Shown piece by piece: positions 25,036-39,100 of a DNA stretch of 64,000 nt (positions within the stretch are counted from its first letter, which is position 1; each line of letters starts with the position of its first letter). Under the pieces are notes generated by a model, which saw only the letters and a list, made by a program, of their open reading frames with translations, ran no database searches and was not told the origin of the DNA. Source of the DNA: Botryllus schlosseri (lineage: Eukaryota); the NCBI GenBank assembly GCA_051294905.1, contig CM119371.1, forward strand, positions 41,480,001-41,544,000. Reading direction: 5' to 3'. Position numbers and translations under genes: made by a program.

Positions 25036-25521
25036 AGGGCAAGTTTTTGCAACTTTTTTTTACAGCTTCCGGCAGCTTCCTAAATACTCGCAAGTCATGT
25101 AGAATGCTGTTTTAAGCTGTTTGAAGGAATCTTATGGTGCAACTTTTTTCCATTTTTTTCATGCTGCTTTTTCGATTTTTCATAAAACATTTTTTATGTT
25201 TTTTCGATTTTTCATGCAACCAACATTTTACTGGGAATATTGGGCAGTATATGTGAACAGATCGCTTGATTATTCGACTTAAAATACCGTGAATCAGCAC
25301 TGAAGTAACGGGGTACTTCGGGAGCTGAGCCGGAAAGTTGACCCTTTTTTTAGTCAACCAACGGAGAATGTGGATGGAAAACTGTTTTTCGGGAGTGGAA
25401 CTGGGAAGTTGGCCTTTTTTTTTAGTCAACCGACCAAAATGTGGTCTTTTAGTGCAACTTTTGTGAAAAATAAATGCAACTTTCCAAGGATTTGACTGCA
25501 ACTGCAACGAAAACTTGCCCT
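25036..25521. mobile_element. MITE with AGGGCAAGTTTT TIR
   Basis: AGGGCAAGTTTT ... AAAACTTGCCCT, TGCAAC subterminal repeats and an internal TTTTTTAGTCAACC module. Confidence 0.6.
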
Positions 25522-26974
25522 AGAGATAACTATTACACAACGGTACATGTGCGTAGTGCGTGCATAAGTGACACAAAATAGTTGCATTTAACCTAAGGAG
25601 TAGATAATTCGATAGTTATATCCAATTATAGAAAAATAAGTGTAATTTAATTTGTGAAATGCCTAAATGCTCTAATTTTAATTCTATGTACGCTAGCCTA
25701 TAATTATCGTAAGATACAGCAGCAACATTTCAATATACCTCTCCTCTGGCCATAATGGAAGGTAATATTCAATTGTGAATCGAGTGACTAGTTTAGATAC
25801 GACCTAACAACATGTAAAAATCTACACAGATTCCCAAGTTCATTAACGTCGAAACGACATTAGTTTTTGTTTATGGACGCCGGACGGTGCGTCAACGTAA
25901 TGGGTTTGGTCTTACGGTGTTTATAATATCAAGTCCAGCGAAAGAACGCAGTTGCCCGTGTCGGGATACATCTTACATCGGCGTGTCACTGTTGTAACTG
26001 GACTGGAACTGTAATCATGCTGCTGATTGGGGTTCTTATTCTACTGATAGTGTCATTATAAGTTCGTGCATCATGCAACGCATCTCACTTGACTTAAACG
26101 CAACCGCTGTCTACGAAGAACTGCAAAGTATATCCCGGGTGCGGCATTACCGGCAATGCACATAACATTTGGCACGAATCAATATCAAAAATTCTTCCGA
26201 AATCTCATGTCACTACGTGTACATCGAAAACGACGCTGGATGTTACGTGCGAGTTACGCGCAGCGATCTGATTAATTTATATATTTTTTCTCGGTAAATG
26301 CATTGATATATGTTGGAAGCGACTTTTAGTTTCACTATATACGTGGACACAAGCAAATCTCAGGGCTCACTGCGATTATTTACGTCCCACTTTCCATTTG
26401 GCCAAAGGAAATTTTATAAAGGCTATTTTTTACCATCTTGCCGAGAGCGAAGATTGATAAAATTGGTATCAATCGAAAGCTACCGCAATACTGAATGCGA
26501 AAATATAAATTTTGTTTCGCTCGTGGTCCTGGAACCCACCGAATCATCAGCTTCGAATATCGCATTCTAACGGAGTTGGGCATCGTGACGCCGGTCTGAT
26601 AATCCGACACATATTGTTCCCAACTCGTACACGTTGGAAGATATGCAAGGGTGTCTTTGCCATAAATTTGTTACTTTTTTGCTTCATTAAAATATTTGGA
26701 AGACGAATAGAAGTAACAGCAGATTCTTCCAAAATCTCTGTCTCATGCTGGCAACGTAGAAGCAGGGAATACACGAAGAGTTGTTGTTCACTGTCTATTT
26801 GTCCATTGTATTTCTATACTTCTACATAATGAAGATAATGCTGATGTAATATTTTTTCTCACAAAAATCACCTTCCGTGTAGTACTGCAACAACGTTATC
26901 TCTTGTAACGCCGTGCAACAGCAACACACATCCACTAACCCTCACAATCAACCACCACGCATTTCTACAAATCT

Positions 26975-26980
26975 TTTATT
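26975..26980 (-). promoter_or_regulatory. Likely polyadenylation signal of the STAG gene
   Basis: AATAAA on the minus strand about 180 nt after the predicted stop at 27157. Confidence 0.55.
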
Positions 26981-27156
26981 GCAAGAACGTAAATGGGACC
27001 AACACAAATACAAGGCGGAAACACCACTGAACAAAAGAACAGCCGAATAAACTGCGTTAAACTAGAAACTCCTTCATCATAGGCAGCGAACGGTCACAGA
27101 TCAACATAATCTCTCAGGACCTTTGTGTAACGAACATCACTGGGTCGATAAACATT

Positions 27157-30100
27157 TCAATTTCCGTAGAACTAAAAAGAATAAGAGAATTTGTTAAGCA
27201 AATATAAGAGCAATGGAGGTCGGTAACGAAGTACTTGCACTACTAGATCAGGTTATGTTTAGGCCACTTCCACTTGTACTTGCCACTCTTGCTAGTTTTC
27301 AGGCGAAACCACCAACTTTTTACACTTTGGTGTTGAAAACTAGATGAGGGTTTTGTGCTAGGTACTTCAACCAAATTTACTATTAGAACCAACTTGTAAC
27401 TTTTCAAACTCGCTACTTCTTCGAGTACAAATCGGGGAGTTAATTCAAATTGAACAGACTAATACGCATCTATGATTCCAAACGTATTTTCAATATACTG
27501 ATCGACAAATGATCCATAATTGTACAATGTACTAGACAGCATTCACCTGTTGTTGTCCTTGAATGTTGTGTTGCATCGGGGACTGCATCTGCATCTGTTG
27601 ATATTGCTGAGGCTGGTAGATCATCTGCTGTTGCTGAGGCACGACATATTGCTGTTGAGCCTGCTGGGAAGTGCCCGGCATTTGCTGCTGTTGGTAGCTT
27701 GCCTGGTGGTAACCTGTTACGAAGATGTGAGAGTTGGATTTTCGCTTAATGGACAATATTAGGCATGCAAAATTTGATATTTTGGTATCAAAAAACTATT
27801 GAGATAGGAGTGGTGTACAAATAAAAAACTACTCGTGTAAATGAAGCAAGTATTGGAAACCTACTTGAGTACTACAGAATAGTAGAAGTACTTCATTACT
27901 AGGGCTGGACAAAATGATTTGGATAATCGAGTATTAATTATAATGATAATGATTTGTGTCAAGTGATGATGATGATTATTCCCAGTGCTGAAATGATGCT
28001 TGTAAGGACAAATTTGCAAATCGATACATGTCGAAAGAAAAAAGTCCCATACCCGCGTGCATTGGCGACTGCATGTGGTGGTTTGGTGACTGTAAAGCCG
28101 CGCCCATCAAGTTCGGTTGTCTGCAAACAAAAAAAAGTAGCCTCAAAAATAGTAAACTGAAAGCCTACATTACAGGATTAGAAAATAGAGGCTTAATTGA
28201 GCGTGTGACATCGCCATATACATTTGCCAACCCTAAATTCGATTAGGTCTTATAGTTACGCGATATATGGGGTTGAATTCAGAAGGTAGAAATCTCCACT
28301 CTACACAATATACAATTAAATAATATATTCCTATTGATGTGACCAGAATATTTTTTACTGCTAAGTCAAGTCATCTATTTCATCTACATCTATTTCTATG
28401 TTATAATTTTGATTCCAATATAATTTCTGAATTTAGGAAGAAAAAAAGGGAGTAGCAATAATTCTATTTCATATTTAATTAGGAAACAAACTGTGTACCT
28501 ATTATGTTACTTGTAACTAGTTTGGAAAAAATATTTGGGTAGCCAGAATTCTAATCTAATTCGATAAACCTGTGTAGCTATAATTCGAATTATGATTTTG
28601 TTAGAAAAAAAAAACTGATGTAGTTCCAATTTTAATTCTTTATCTAGTTCCGAAAAGATAATTGTGCAGCTATAATTCTAATCTAATTCAGAAAAAATAA
28701 CTGTGTAGCTATAATTCTAATTCTAATCCAGTTCAGAAAGAATAACTGTGCAGCTATAATTCTAACTTATCAAATTTTGAAAAAATGATGTGTACCCATA
28801 ATTCTAATTCTAATCTCGTTCAGATAAGATAACTGTGTAGATATAATTCTAATTCTCATCTAATGTGAAAAAAAACTGAGTTACCATAATTATAATCTAA
28901 TGTGGAAACAAACTGCATAGCTATAATTCTAATTTTAATCGAACTTGGAAAAAACTGAACTGAAAAACACAAAAAGTTGCTAATCTCGGCAAGCTAACAC
29001 AGACTACAACACAAAATCTCAACCTTTTCTTAACCACTTTCTTCTTCTCCCTGAATCCAAACATAGCTGCGAAATTGTCGTCTCCATCATCGTCACTAGA
29101 CAAGGGAGAGAGATATGAGTCGTTCTTCTGATTCGAAACCGCATCAGAGAAATTATCGTCAGATTCGTCCTCGGACATAAAATCCTGGATGCGCTGGCTG
29201 GGCGGCTTTTGACTGTCCTGACTGTGAATCTCCCTGATTACGTCCGCGAACGCCCCGAATTTTTCAGACACATCAAATCGTTTAGTGACTTCACCGCTTT
29301 TTCCCCCTTTTTCCAAGAAATCTACGTTGTCGACGTCTGAAATATGAGTGTACGCGGTGGCCGTACTCTTTTGGGTCTCTACGTCTAATTCTGGGGCTAT
29401 TTCGGCATCACCACCTCCGATATCAGACACGTTTTTGCGGAAAGCTCCTGCTATTTTTGCAAACGGGTTTACAGAGAGCCCCTCGGATTGACTCGCTTCG
29501 CTAATTTCCGATAAAGTCTCGAAATTTGTGTCTTCCACACTCATATTTTCATCAAAAATGTCTCCGGAAGGCTTTCCCTTCGATTTTACACCATTTGACA
29601 CTTTTTCGTCCAGTTTCTTTTGATTCGGAGAAAATTGAAAATCCCCAGTAAATTGGCTGCTGTCGTCATGCACGCGAGACCCTTCGATATCTTCCTTCGC
29701 GTCCTGCCACTTTTGCATCACCTCCTCGTCGATGGTTATATCTTCGAACGTGACGTCACAGTCCGAAACCTGAGCGATTCTCTTCAAAATGTCGGAAAAA
29801 TTACTTTCATTGCCAGGGTCTCGACTTGTAGCGGCCGCAGTTAAGTCTACGTTCAAAGTTTTGGGTTCATCATCATCAGAAGAAGCTTCCTTGTAGGACA
29901 CATCCGCTTTTCTCTTGCGCGTCTGGTAAGGGGAGGCAGTTTTCTTGTTTTTAGGGGCGCGATTTTGTTTTCCGGCCTTGAAGGATAATTTTGGTGTATG
30001 TTTCTTCACCTTTGAGCTGGAAGACGATGAATTCCCACCACTGTCTGACGTAGAAGATGATTTCCCTTTCGTGTTTGTGGATGATGATTTCCCACCCTTT

Positions 30101-33100
30101 GTAGTTGAAGGTAATTTTGTCACTTTTTGACGGGATTTCCAGTTCTTTTCCTTATTAAACTGTACGTGGGCGACCGCGTCATAAAATTCTTCATTGTCAT
30201 CCTCTGTAGACTCTCCATTTTCATTATTATCCACATTTTCCGTAAGTTTCTTTCCTGCTTTACCAGTTTTAGCGATCCTTTGAGACTTTCTCTGCGGAGA
30301 TTTCGTCATATCCTTATTGCCATCTGTGTAGTAGTCATCAGTTTGCGAAAGCTGTTCTCTCACATCTTGAGAAGTTAAATCGCCTTCGATACGCCCTTCC
30401 CCCTCAAAACCGCACACAATTTCTTCGTGTAGATTAAGCAAGGTGTCGGTTTTGGAAGTGCTTCCGCTAAACTCAGGGCTGAACTCGTCTATATTATTAT
30501 CCAAATCGGAAACGGCACTGCTGTTCTGATCTGCAAAGTCGTATTTCCTGTTTTTCCTCTCAAAATCTTTGACGCTCGCTTTTCTCATCCTGTCGCTGAT
30601 GTCGTCCACCTTCCCGCCTGTCTCCTCCGTCTCGAATATGGACGATAACAGAGAAGTGCTTCGCGAACGGGTGGTTCTGGACTGAAGCTTCGCTGTCGCT
30701 AACCAAGATTCGAGCCTTTTCTTTTTCTCGCTGAAAGATAGCTCAAATTCGGTTTTATTGCCGAGATGAAAATCTTGTTTGCTACAGGGCAAGACTATAA
30801 TTCAAAAGCAAGGAATTTGAAAATTGTAGAGAAATAACGGGAAAAACTTCACAACTTATATAAATCCACGTAAAATTTAGAGCCAGCTTTTCAACCCTTA
30901 TACTTTGATGCCTGGTAAAGTTTCAAAACAAATTTAATCTTTGATAATCAAAATCAACCCAAAAATTAACCACGAAAAATATACGCCTCTAAAAAGGAGG
31001 AGCCTTCAATCCAATTGACAAATTTGCTGTCTTTTTGATACTACACCTGTTATATGGTACACCAGAGGTCATATTCTTAGAATCCAGTATCGTTACAAAC
31101 AGGGTTATAAAGACTGAGTCGCGATTGTTTGGTGACTTGAATTGACTCGAGTCATTTTTTCAAATATGTAAAATGACTCGACTCGAGTCAATTCCTCTGC
31201 TGACTCGACTGTGCATGACTCGGACCAAGTCAAATGACTAGAGACTAGGACGGCCAAGACCGACATTTCATTATAACAGGAAGAAGAATAGTAAAGTCAC
31301 CACATGATTGCTATTTCGTCTGTCAGTCCTGATACTTGGAAAATAGGGCCCTGAAACAGTCAAGATTGAAGAAAATTACCATATTATGAACGAATAGAGA
31401 TGGAAAAGTGGGCTCGGACATGACTAGACTTATCTTGGGTCCAAACTATAAAGGTGAGATCGACTTGCGAATTGGAGCCTCGTGATTTGGTTACAACCCT
31501 GGTCACAAATAATAACCCACGACAAATTTTACCCAAAATGGACTCATTAGTAAAGTGTTACAAAATCTATATTATGCTGGAGAAAATACCTTCAAAATTT
31601 CTAAATCCTAAATTTTTAAACAAATTTGATGCTTGTTATCTCTCCTCAATGGACAAAGTGCCCAACATCTTGTACTTTATAATTGAGATGTAAACTCGCA
31701 AGACTCACTGTTGATATCCCATGTCTTCCCGTCGCATTTGACGAGGCTGTATCACATCACGCGGTGCGGTAGACGCATGCTGCAATACGCAATACAAACG
31801 ATAAAACCCACGCGATTCCAATGATTGCATTGACCCACCTGTGGGTTAATCGGAGTCATAGGCGCTGGACTCATGGCGGTAGCGGGGGTCATCGGGGTTC
31901 GGGGCCCATCTCCATCCAAATCTCCTTTCTTTCGTCTTGGCCTGCCACGACCCTGGGGTGAGAAATGTTGACGTTGGTCTTTATTATACCCAATAATCAG
32001 TGTTGGGATCAAGTCACAAGTCAATTCGAGTCATAGCACAATTTGACTTGTGTCGAATTTCCAAAGTTTGAGGCATGATTCAAACCATTGCATTTTGCAA
32101 GATGATTACAGTATAGAGCGATTTACTATCAATTATGAATCGAGTAACGAATTTCAAGTTAATTACACCTTAAACGGGGTGATGTAAAAATGAAAAAAAT
32201 CCATGTGGCATTCCGCTTCACTAATAAAATGACTGCAAAATGCACTTTGAAGGTGTGTGGTTGGTTTAAAATTGGCTTTACAAATAGGACTTCAATGCCC
32301 CACGAATTAGCTACTTTATAAAATGCAGAGTAGGCACTAGGCAACCTCACAATTCTTTCATTATTTATTATAGAGCTACCTACTATAAATACTATTATTA
32401 CAATTCAAAAATTTTGAAACAAAAATTCTTCTTGGAGGTACAAAATTTCAATATACAATTGAATAGTATAATCGTATTGAAACGAACCAGAATATTCTCG
32501 GCTGACACTCGTCAGGGGTAATCGTCAGCTACTAGTCGATAATTGGAAAGAACATTGTATATCAACAATATGACGTCACCAGCATGAAAATTCAAGTAAG
32601 AGAGCGTTCAATGTACTATTTTCAGATGGCACACGAATCGTTTTTGTTGACAAAGACTTGGCTGCTGTATTTTGATAAAAGTCGACTCCAAGGCACACAA
32701 ATCAAAGTGTGAACGGCCCCCTCCCAACCACTCGAAATCTGTTACACAATTTCATTAGTGTGCCTTGAACTCGACTTTCATCAGAATATACCAGTCATGG
32801 CTGGGTCAACAAAAAGAGTTTGTTTGCAAAATTGTACATTGAACGCTCTCTTTCGAGATTTCATGCTAGTGACGTCATATTTTGTGATACGATTGTTGAT
32901 ATACAATGTTCTTTCCAATTCTCTACTAGTTGCTGACGATCACTGTATGACGAGTTTCGGCCAAAATATTCAGGTTCATTTCAATTTTCAATATCATTAT
33001 ACTATTCAATCTAAAATTTAGTATTTCAGGCTGTTCTTTTGACAATTTCGCTTACAAACGTGGCACGATCTTACCTCAAAACTACTCTATACTTCGCAAA

Positions 33101-36100
33101 ACCCTAAGTGTCTGAAGTATTCCCTACAAAACTGCTGACCTACAAGTGGAAGTATTCTCAAAACAAAGCCGTTCAAGTTGTTCAAGATGTTAAAACCTAA
33201 TTGGGTACTTGAAAATAGTGGCATTACTTCCTTGAAGGCCACCTCGGAATATAGGCCTACCCGTCTATACAACCACGGCAGAATATTACCTTGGACGATG
33301 GTTTGGCGTTGTCTACATCTTCTGCCCCTTGCACCAAAGAGTTTCTGTAAGTCACCAACGGGATCCAACCTGGTCGGAAAACAATTTAAAATAAACGAAA
33401 AACAGTTGGGCGAAGATTGTCGGTGATTCGAGTATCAATTTATTCCTTGCCATGCTATAAGAGTTAAATTCACCAAAAATTATAATTTCAATACTATTTT
33501 CCACTGTGGAAAGCTGTAGACCTAGATTGGTCGTGCAGCTACACACTGATGTTGTTCAAAAATTACTTTTTCATCTGGATTCCAAGGATTCAGTGATTAA
33601 ATTGTTAGGCCATATAAAAAATACACTACACACCAAATTGGGCTCTATTTCAACTGGTAGATGAAAATTTTGAATTTACCAAAAAAAACTCTTCAAATTT
33701 TACTGTTGACCCGATGAAATGGTTGAGCTGCGTACAAAAACGATGCAGAACAAATTTTACGCAATTCCAACCTGTAGAAGCAAAGTTATCCAAGTTTTTC
33801 ACCCATAATTCTGGGATTACTCACCGTCCTGGCAATTTTGAAAAAAAAAAATTTCAACTGCAATAACTTTGTTTCTATCGAGAATAAATTGGTAAGCATC
33901 GTTCTTTTGGACAACTTAAACAATTTTTAGGGCCTGACAGTGAAATTTGACAATTTTCTTCCAAGTTTTTTTACAATCAATTCAAAATTTTAAAAGTTAC
34001 TACAAGTTAAAATCGAGCGAAATTTTGTGTGCAGCATTTTTCGGGCAAGCCAACAAATTAATCATCGGGTCCCTGGAATCCGAAAGAAAAAATATTTTTG
34101 AACAACCCTGGGACGCACATTCGTGGAAATTACAAATCTGTGAAGTCTTGACCATACCCATATCATTACCACGAAGTTCAATGAAATAGGTTTGGTCGAA
34201 AAATACTAAATTATCTTGAATGCGATGTACAACTGGCTTTACATCTACTTTGTGGTCACATAAAAGGTACATATATCAACTTCACACATCTACAATACAA
34301 GGGATACTCAAATACTTAGCGTCTAGTATTGGATTTAAAATGGAATTAATCGGCTATTCGATTTTGCCTAGATCTAGTGATCACGTTGACCGCATCTGAC
34401 AAGCCACATTTTCAACAGAATAAAATCAGTGATCCCATCGACCACGCACGACAAAATTCATGCAAAGTCATACCTGCAGTCTGCATCTTTAACATGTGCG
34501 GCTTGATGTGCTTGTCCAAATAGCTGACGCTGCGATGCCCATACCGTTAATAACACTCGCTAATCGAAACCAACTGATAAGCACTCACACAGTCCTGCGA
34601 TCTTGACGCATAAGCTTCGACGAGAACTCGCACAGTATGCTGAGAAAGCTGAGGTTTTCAGGAGGTACGGAGTCGCCCGCGTGATCGTCGGCACGCTTCA
34701 AAGCGAATAAGATGCCTTCTCTGTCACAGATTTAATATAAAAATTGTGGAGAGCTTCATTGAGGTACAAAACTTCAATATGTAATTGAATATCATACGTG
34801 TATCGATAAAAAAATATTAGGGCTTGTGAATGTAAATTACTTTCGATTTTTGATAACTAGATCTTCATTATTGTACGGTACTTATTACGAAGGTTGGACA
34901 CAATGATTTGAGTAGTAAGAAATGATACTCAAGTACTGAAATTGTATGCTCCTTGGTAATACGACTCCATTTATCAACGACAATTGCGGTTTTGATAGTA
35001 TTAAATACAGTATGGAATGCTGTAAAGCTGGATTAACGAAATCGCAGCATGCATAACATGTAGTACGAAGGCACACACTAGGGTTGTTAAAAAAATAGCT
35101 TTTATTTACAGATTGTCGCGGCTATTAGCAAAAATTATACTCAATCCAGGCTAGTAGAAGTGATGCTATCATAGCTTGATAATTTTGAATATACTATAAA
35201 ACAAATTTTTAAAAAAGTTCAAATTTTAAATTCCAACCGGTAAAAGCGAAGTTATTGATGTTCAAAAATCATGGATTTGAAAGAAAATAGTATTTACTGT
35301 GGGTAGTCCGTGAATTATTAATGAAAAACATGAATAACTTCATTTTTACGAGCTGGAATTGATTCTAATTTGGTTTGCACGGTTTCTGTAGACAACGTAA
35401 CAATTTCATGGGGTTAGCCAATAAAATTTGAAAAAAATCTTTATGAAAAATTCAAAATTTTTGAAGTCTAATAGCTTCACTTCTACTTGATGGAATTGAG
35501 CCAAATTTGGTGCGCAATGTTTTTTTTTAGCAAACATAACAGTTTCATCTAATAGCCGTAAATATTTGAAAAAAAAAAACTACACACATTAGTGGAAATG
35601 ACATACTAGTAAAGTCGTGATCAACATACAGCATTGTCACAAAATGCAATGGAATAAGTATGGTCAAATTTTACCAAATAATTGGTTGGCCCGATATCCT
35701 GCCTCATAACCTCCTCAAAACCAAATAAAAGCCACATACTTGTGCAACGCGGCCACGGCGTCCCGGCACTTGACCTGGTCCAGCCCGAAAGTCAGGGACA
35801 GCCTGCGGGCCAGTTCCTTCATGTGGCCGTACTCCTGCGAGCTGTGGTCCATTTTACCGCCGTGCAGTCGTAACGTCTCGCGGAACAGCTGAAAGAGATT
35901 GATATTTACTTGTCAGAATTAAACTATGTCACAGCTATGTCAAAAAAGTAAAAATTTTGTCAAAATTGTTGCGCAAGGTCAAAAATTTTTATGCATCCAG
36001 CATTTCGTTTGTGTCGTAGATGTTTGCACTGTCTGTGAACTTATCATTTGATATTATACAGCTTATAGTATAGACTTTATAAGCCTACCGTTGCAGATGG

Positions 36101-39100
36101 CCCATTATCTGCTCATTTGCGAATCATAAACATTCAAATTAAACAAATAGGTTGACATGGTGCTATGCTCAACGACCGCAATATCATAACTGAGGTAAGA
36201 CTGAGTGGGCATTGCATGGTTCTTATATCAAGAAGCGCATGATGAAAAATTGTGATGTAGACAACATTGCCAGAATGAAGCAGCACGGTTTGTCAAGCCA
36301 ACAGCCGCTGCTGTTGAACGTTCTTCCTTTATTCTGGGCAAGCTACTTAGTAAGGACAGACACTTTCTACCCGAGAATGTAGGAAAGTATCTTTCGTTGA
36401 ACTAAATTTTTTTTTTAATTATCTCTACCATTGTGCGCGATGTAACTAATGGAATTCTTCACAGGTCCAGATTTCGTTAAAATAAAGTTTTTTGTGTAAA
36501 AAGTTGTCAGTTGAACGGTTTTTCAGGCCAAACTACTTCATAAGGACAGACAGTTCCAACCAGAAACAAAGATAAGTAGTACAATTCTAACACTATGTGC
36601 GAAAACATCTAATTTACGTACAAGAGGTCAAAATTTTGTAAAAATCAATTTTTTTATGATCAAAATCTTCCCGTTTTTTAGTAAAATAAAATTGCTCAAG
36701 CAATTAGTGATAACAAAATACTCGACTTGAAGTCAAAAACTGCCTTGCGTTTCATGCGAATGCACATCTCACCGTCATAAGCGCAAGCCCCAGCGTCTGC
36801 GCACAAGCCATCTTGTTTGCGTGTCTCGTTTTGCTGATTGTCTCCTTTATGATGTCTCCATAATCGGGATAAAATCTGCGAAACATAGTAAGCCACATAG
36901 CAACACGCTATTTACACACGGTCAGCAACGGTTAATTACACAAGCTCACTGTGATTTCAAAAGACATTGCCTTTCATTTACCAAGGAGCGGAGTAATATC
37001 ATCACATCAAAATAAAACCAAACTTATGCTGACTATGCCTTTGTACTAAATCTCATATTTTCTACAACATTTGCTCGTAATCGAGCGAAAAAAAAGCACG
37101 GTATACTTCTAATTGTGTAGCCTCAACGGTTACCCTGGTCGGCGGAGTTACCTGATGTATTGCTGGAAGACGGAAGCAGCCAGACGTATCTCGATCATGT
37201 TGAACGTGAAGAGCTTGCAAATAGCAGCCAGTAACGACCTGCGATGATGCAGCGCGTCGATTTTAGCTGTGTCCTCCTCGTCTGCGATTATTACCGTTAA
37301 AAATGAGTAGAAATATTGAAAAAAAGTTTAATGATGAAAAATTTCAGTTACGAAATGAAACATTTTTAAAAACGCACACAAACTTAACTACCTTAGTCGT
37401 CTGCAGTAGTAGGTAAGGTTTAAAAAACAGCGAGAAAAATGACATCAAAAAAATTTTGAAAGAAAATACAAAAAAATAAATAATTTTAATAAAGAATTAC
37501 TTAAAAAAAAAAGCTATACCCTTGTCGCATGTGCCAATTAAGATAACGAATAAGTAATTAAAATAGTTAAATATGATTTTAAAAAGAAGTTGAATGAGTA
37601 AGTTAAAAATAAACAGGGTTGAAATGGCTCGAGTCATTTTCTCAAAATACGGAAATGACTTGTATTGACTCGACTTGGACACGAGTCATTGCGCATGACT
37701 CGAACCTCATGGCCCATGACTCGAGACTCAGACGACCAAGACCGACATTTCAATGTAATTTGGAAGAATAGTAAAGGGACCGCACTATTGGGATTCCGTC
37801 TATTGGTACTGGGGTCAGTACATTTCAGGTGCTCCATGCTCGAAACGTCATGAAAATTGGCGTGATTACAGAGCTTTGTTTTCTGATTTCAGAAAAACAA
37901 ATTTCATCAAAAAAGGTCGACTAGAACCGAAGGTATGACTGTCCAAAAATTGATATTTTTGTGATCGCTCAAGCGGAAAAAATGGCAGAAATATATACAT
38001 GCAACTTAAATTTGCCATAATTGGATTAAATTAAGGCTGTTGAGGGCGAAACTTTCACACTTGGTCATTTATAGCACACTTAATGTATTTTCACCTTCTT
38101 TGACACCTGGGGTCGCCTAGTTTGACCTTTGAACCCATGCTTTTACTTATAACTTTTGAAGTCACTCATGCATGACGTCAGTTTTAATTGCAGATATCTC
38201 ATGGCTAACAGGTGGTATCATCAAGTGTAAGTTATCATTGGAAAGCTCTTGGAAAGCACTTTCAAAATCAACAATAAAATTAGTGGATATTTCATCGTCA
38301 CATTAGAACAATTTTTTGTGGACAAGTGTTGAAAAAATTGTTGAATTTCGAAATATCCAATATCCAGTAATTTTATTGTTGAATTTGATAGTCCTTGTTA
38401 AGAGCTTTCAAATAACACCTTACACTTGATGACACCTCCTCTTAGCCAAAATAGATTTGCAATTAAAAACGACGTCATGTGTGAGCAATTTTTCAGGACA
38501 TGAACAAAATCAAGGGGTTAAAGGTTGTACTATGCAACCCCAGGTGTCAAAGAAGGGGAAAAAGTATCAAGAACGATGTAAATGAACATGTGTGAAAGTG
38601 TCACCCTCAACGACCCTAATTTGACCAAAATATAGCAAATTTAAATTGCATGTGAAAATTTCTGACGTTTTTTCCGTTTGAGCGAGCACAAAAACAGCAA
38701 TTTTTGAACGTCCACATCTTCGGCTGTACTTGACTGATTTTTATAAAATTTGTTTTTCTGAAATCAGAAAGAAAGGTTTTCCAGGCTTATCAATTTTCAT
38801 AAAAATCTGAGATTGTGGGGGCACATTTTAAATTTTTCTGGAGCACCTGACATAATATTACCCACTGGTACTTGAAAATCCGACCAGAAACTGCTAAAAT
38901 TGAGCAAAATTAGTATATTATAACCTACTTTTAACAAGTATGAAAAGCAAAACAAAAAAAATATTAAAAATAGATTTAAAAAAATCGAAAGCTATAAATT
39001 TAATGAAAAAATGGGAAAAACATTATTAAAAAACATGTATCCTCACCCTCTTCCTCTTCGTTGGGCAGCGTGAAGACGTACGAGTTTACAAAGTCGACCA

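Noticed and set aside
28921..30792. 623-aa ORF as an independent nested gene
   Set aside because: It starts at TTG, its last residues ([10 protein letters not shown]) are minisatellite read-through also seen at 41268, and phase-matched splice sites fit it into STAG. Not fully excluded without transcripts.
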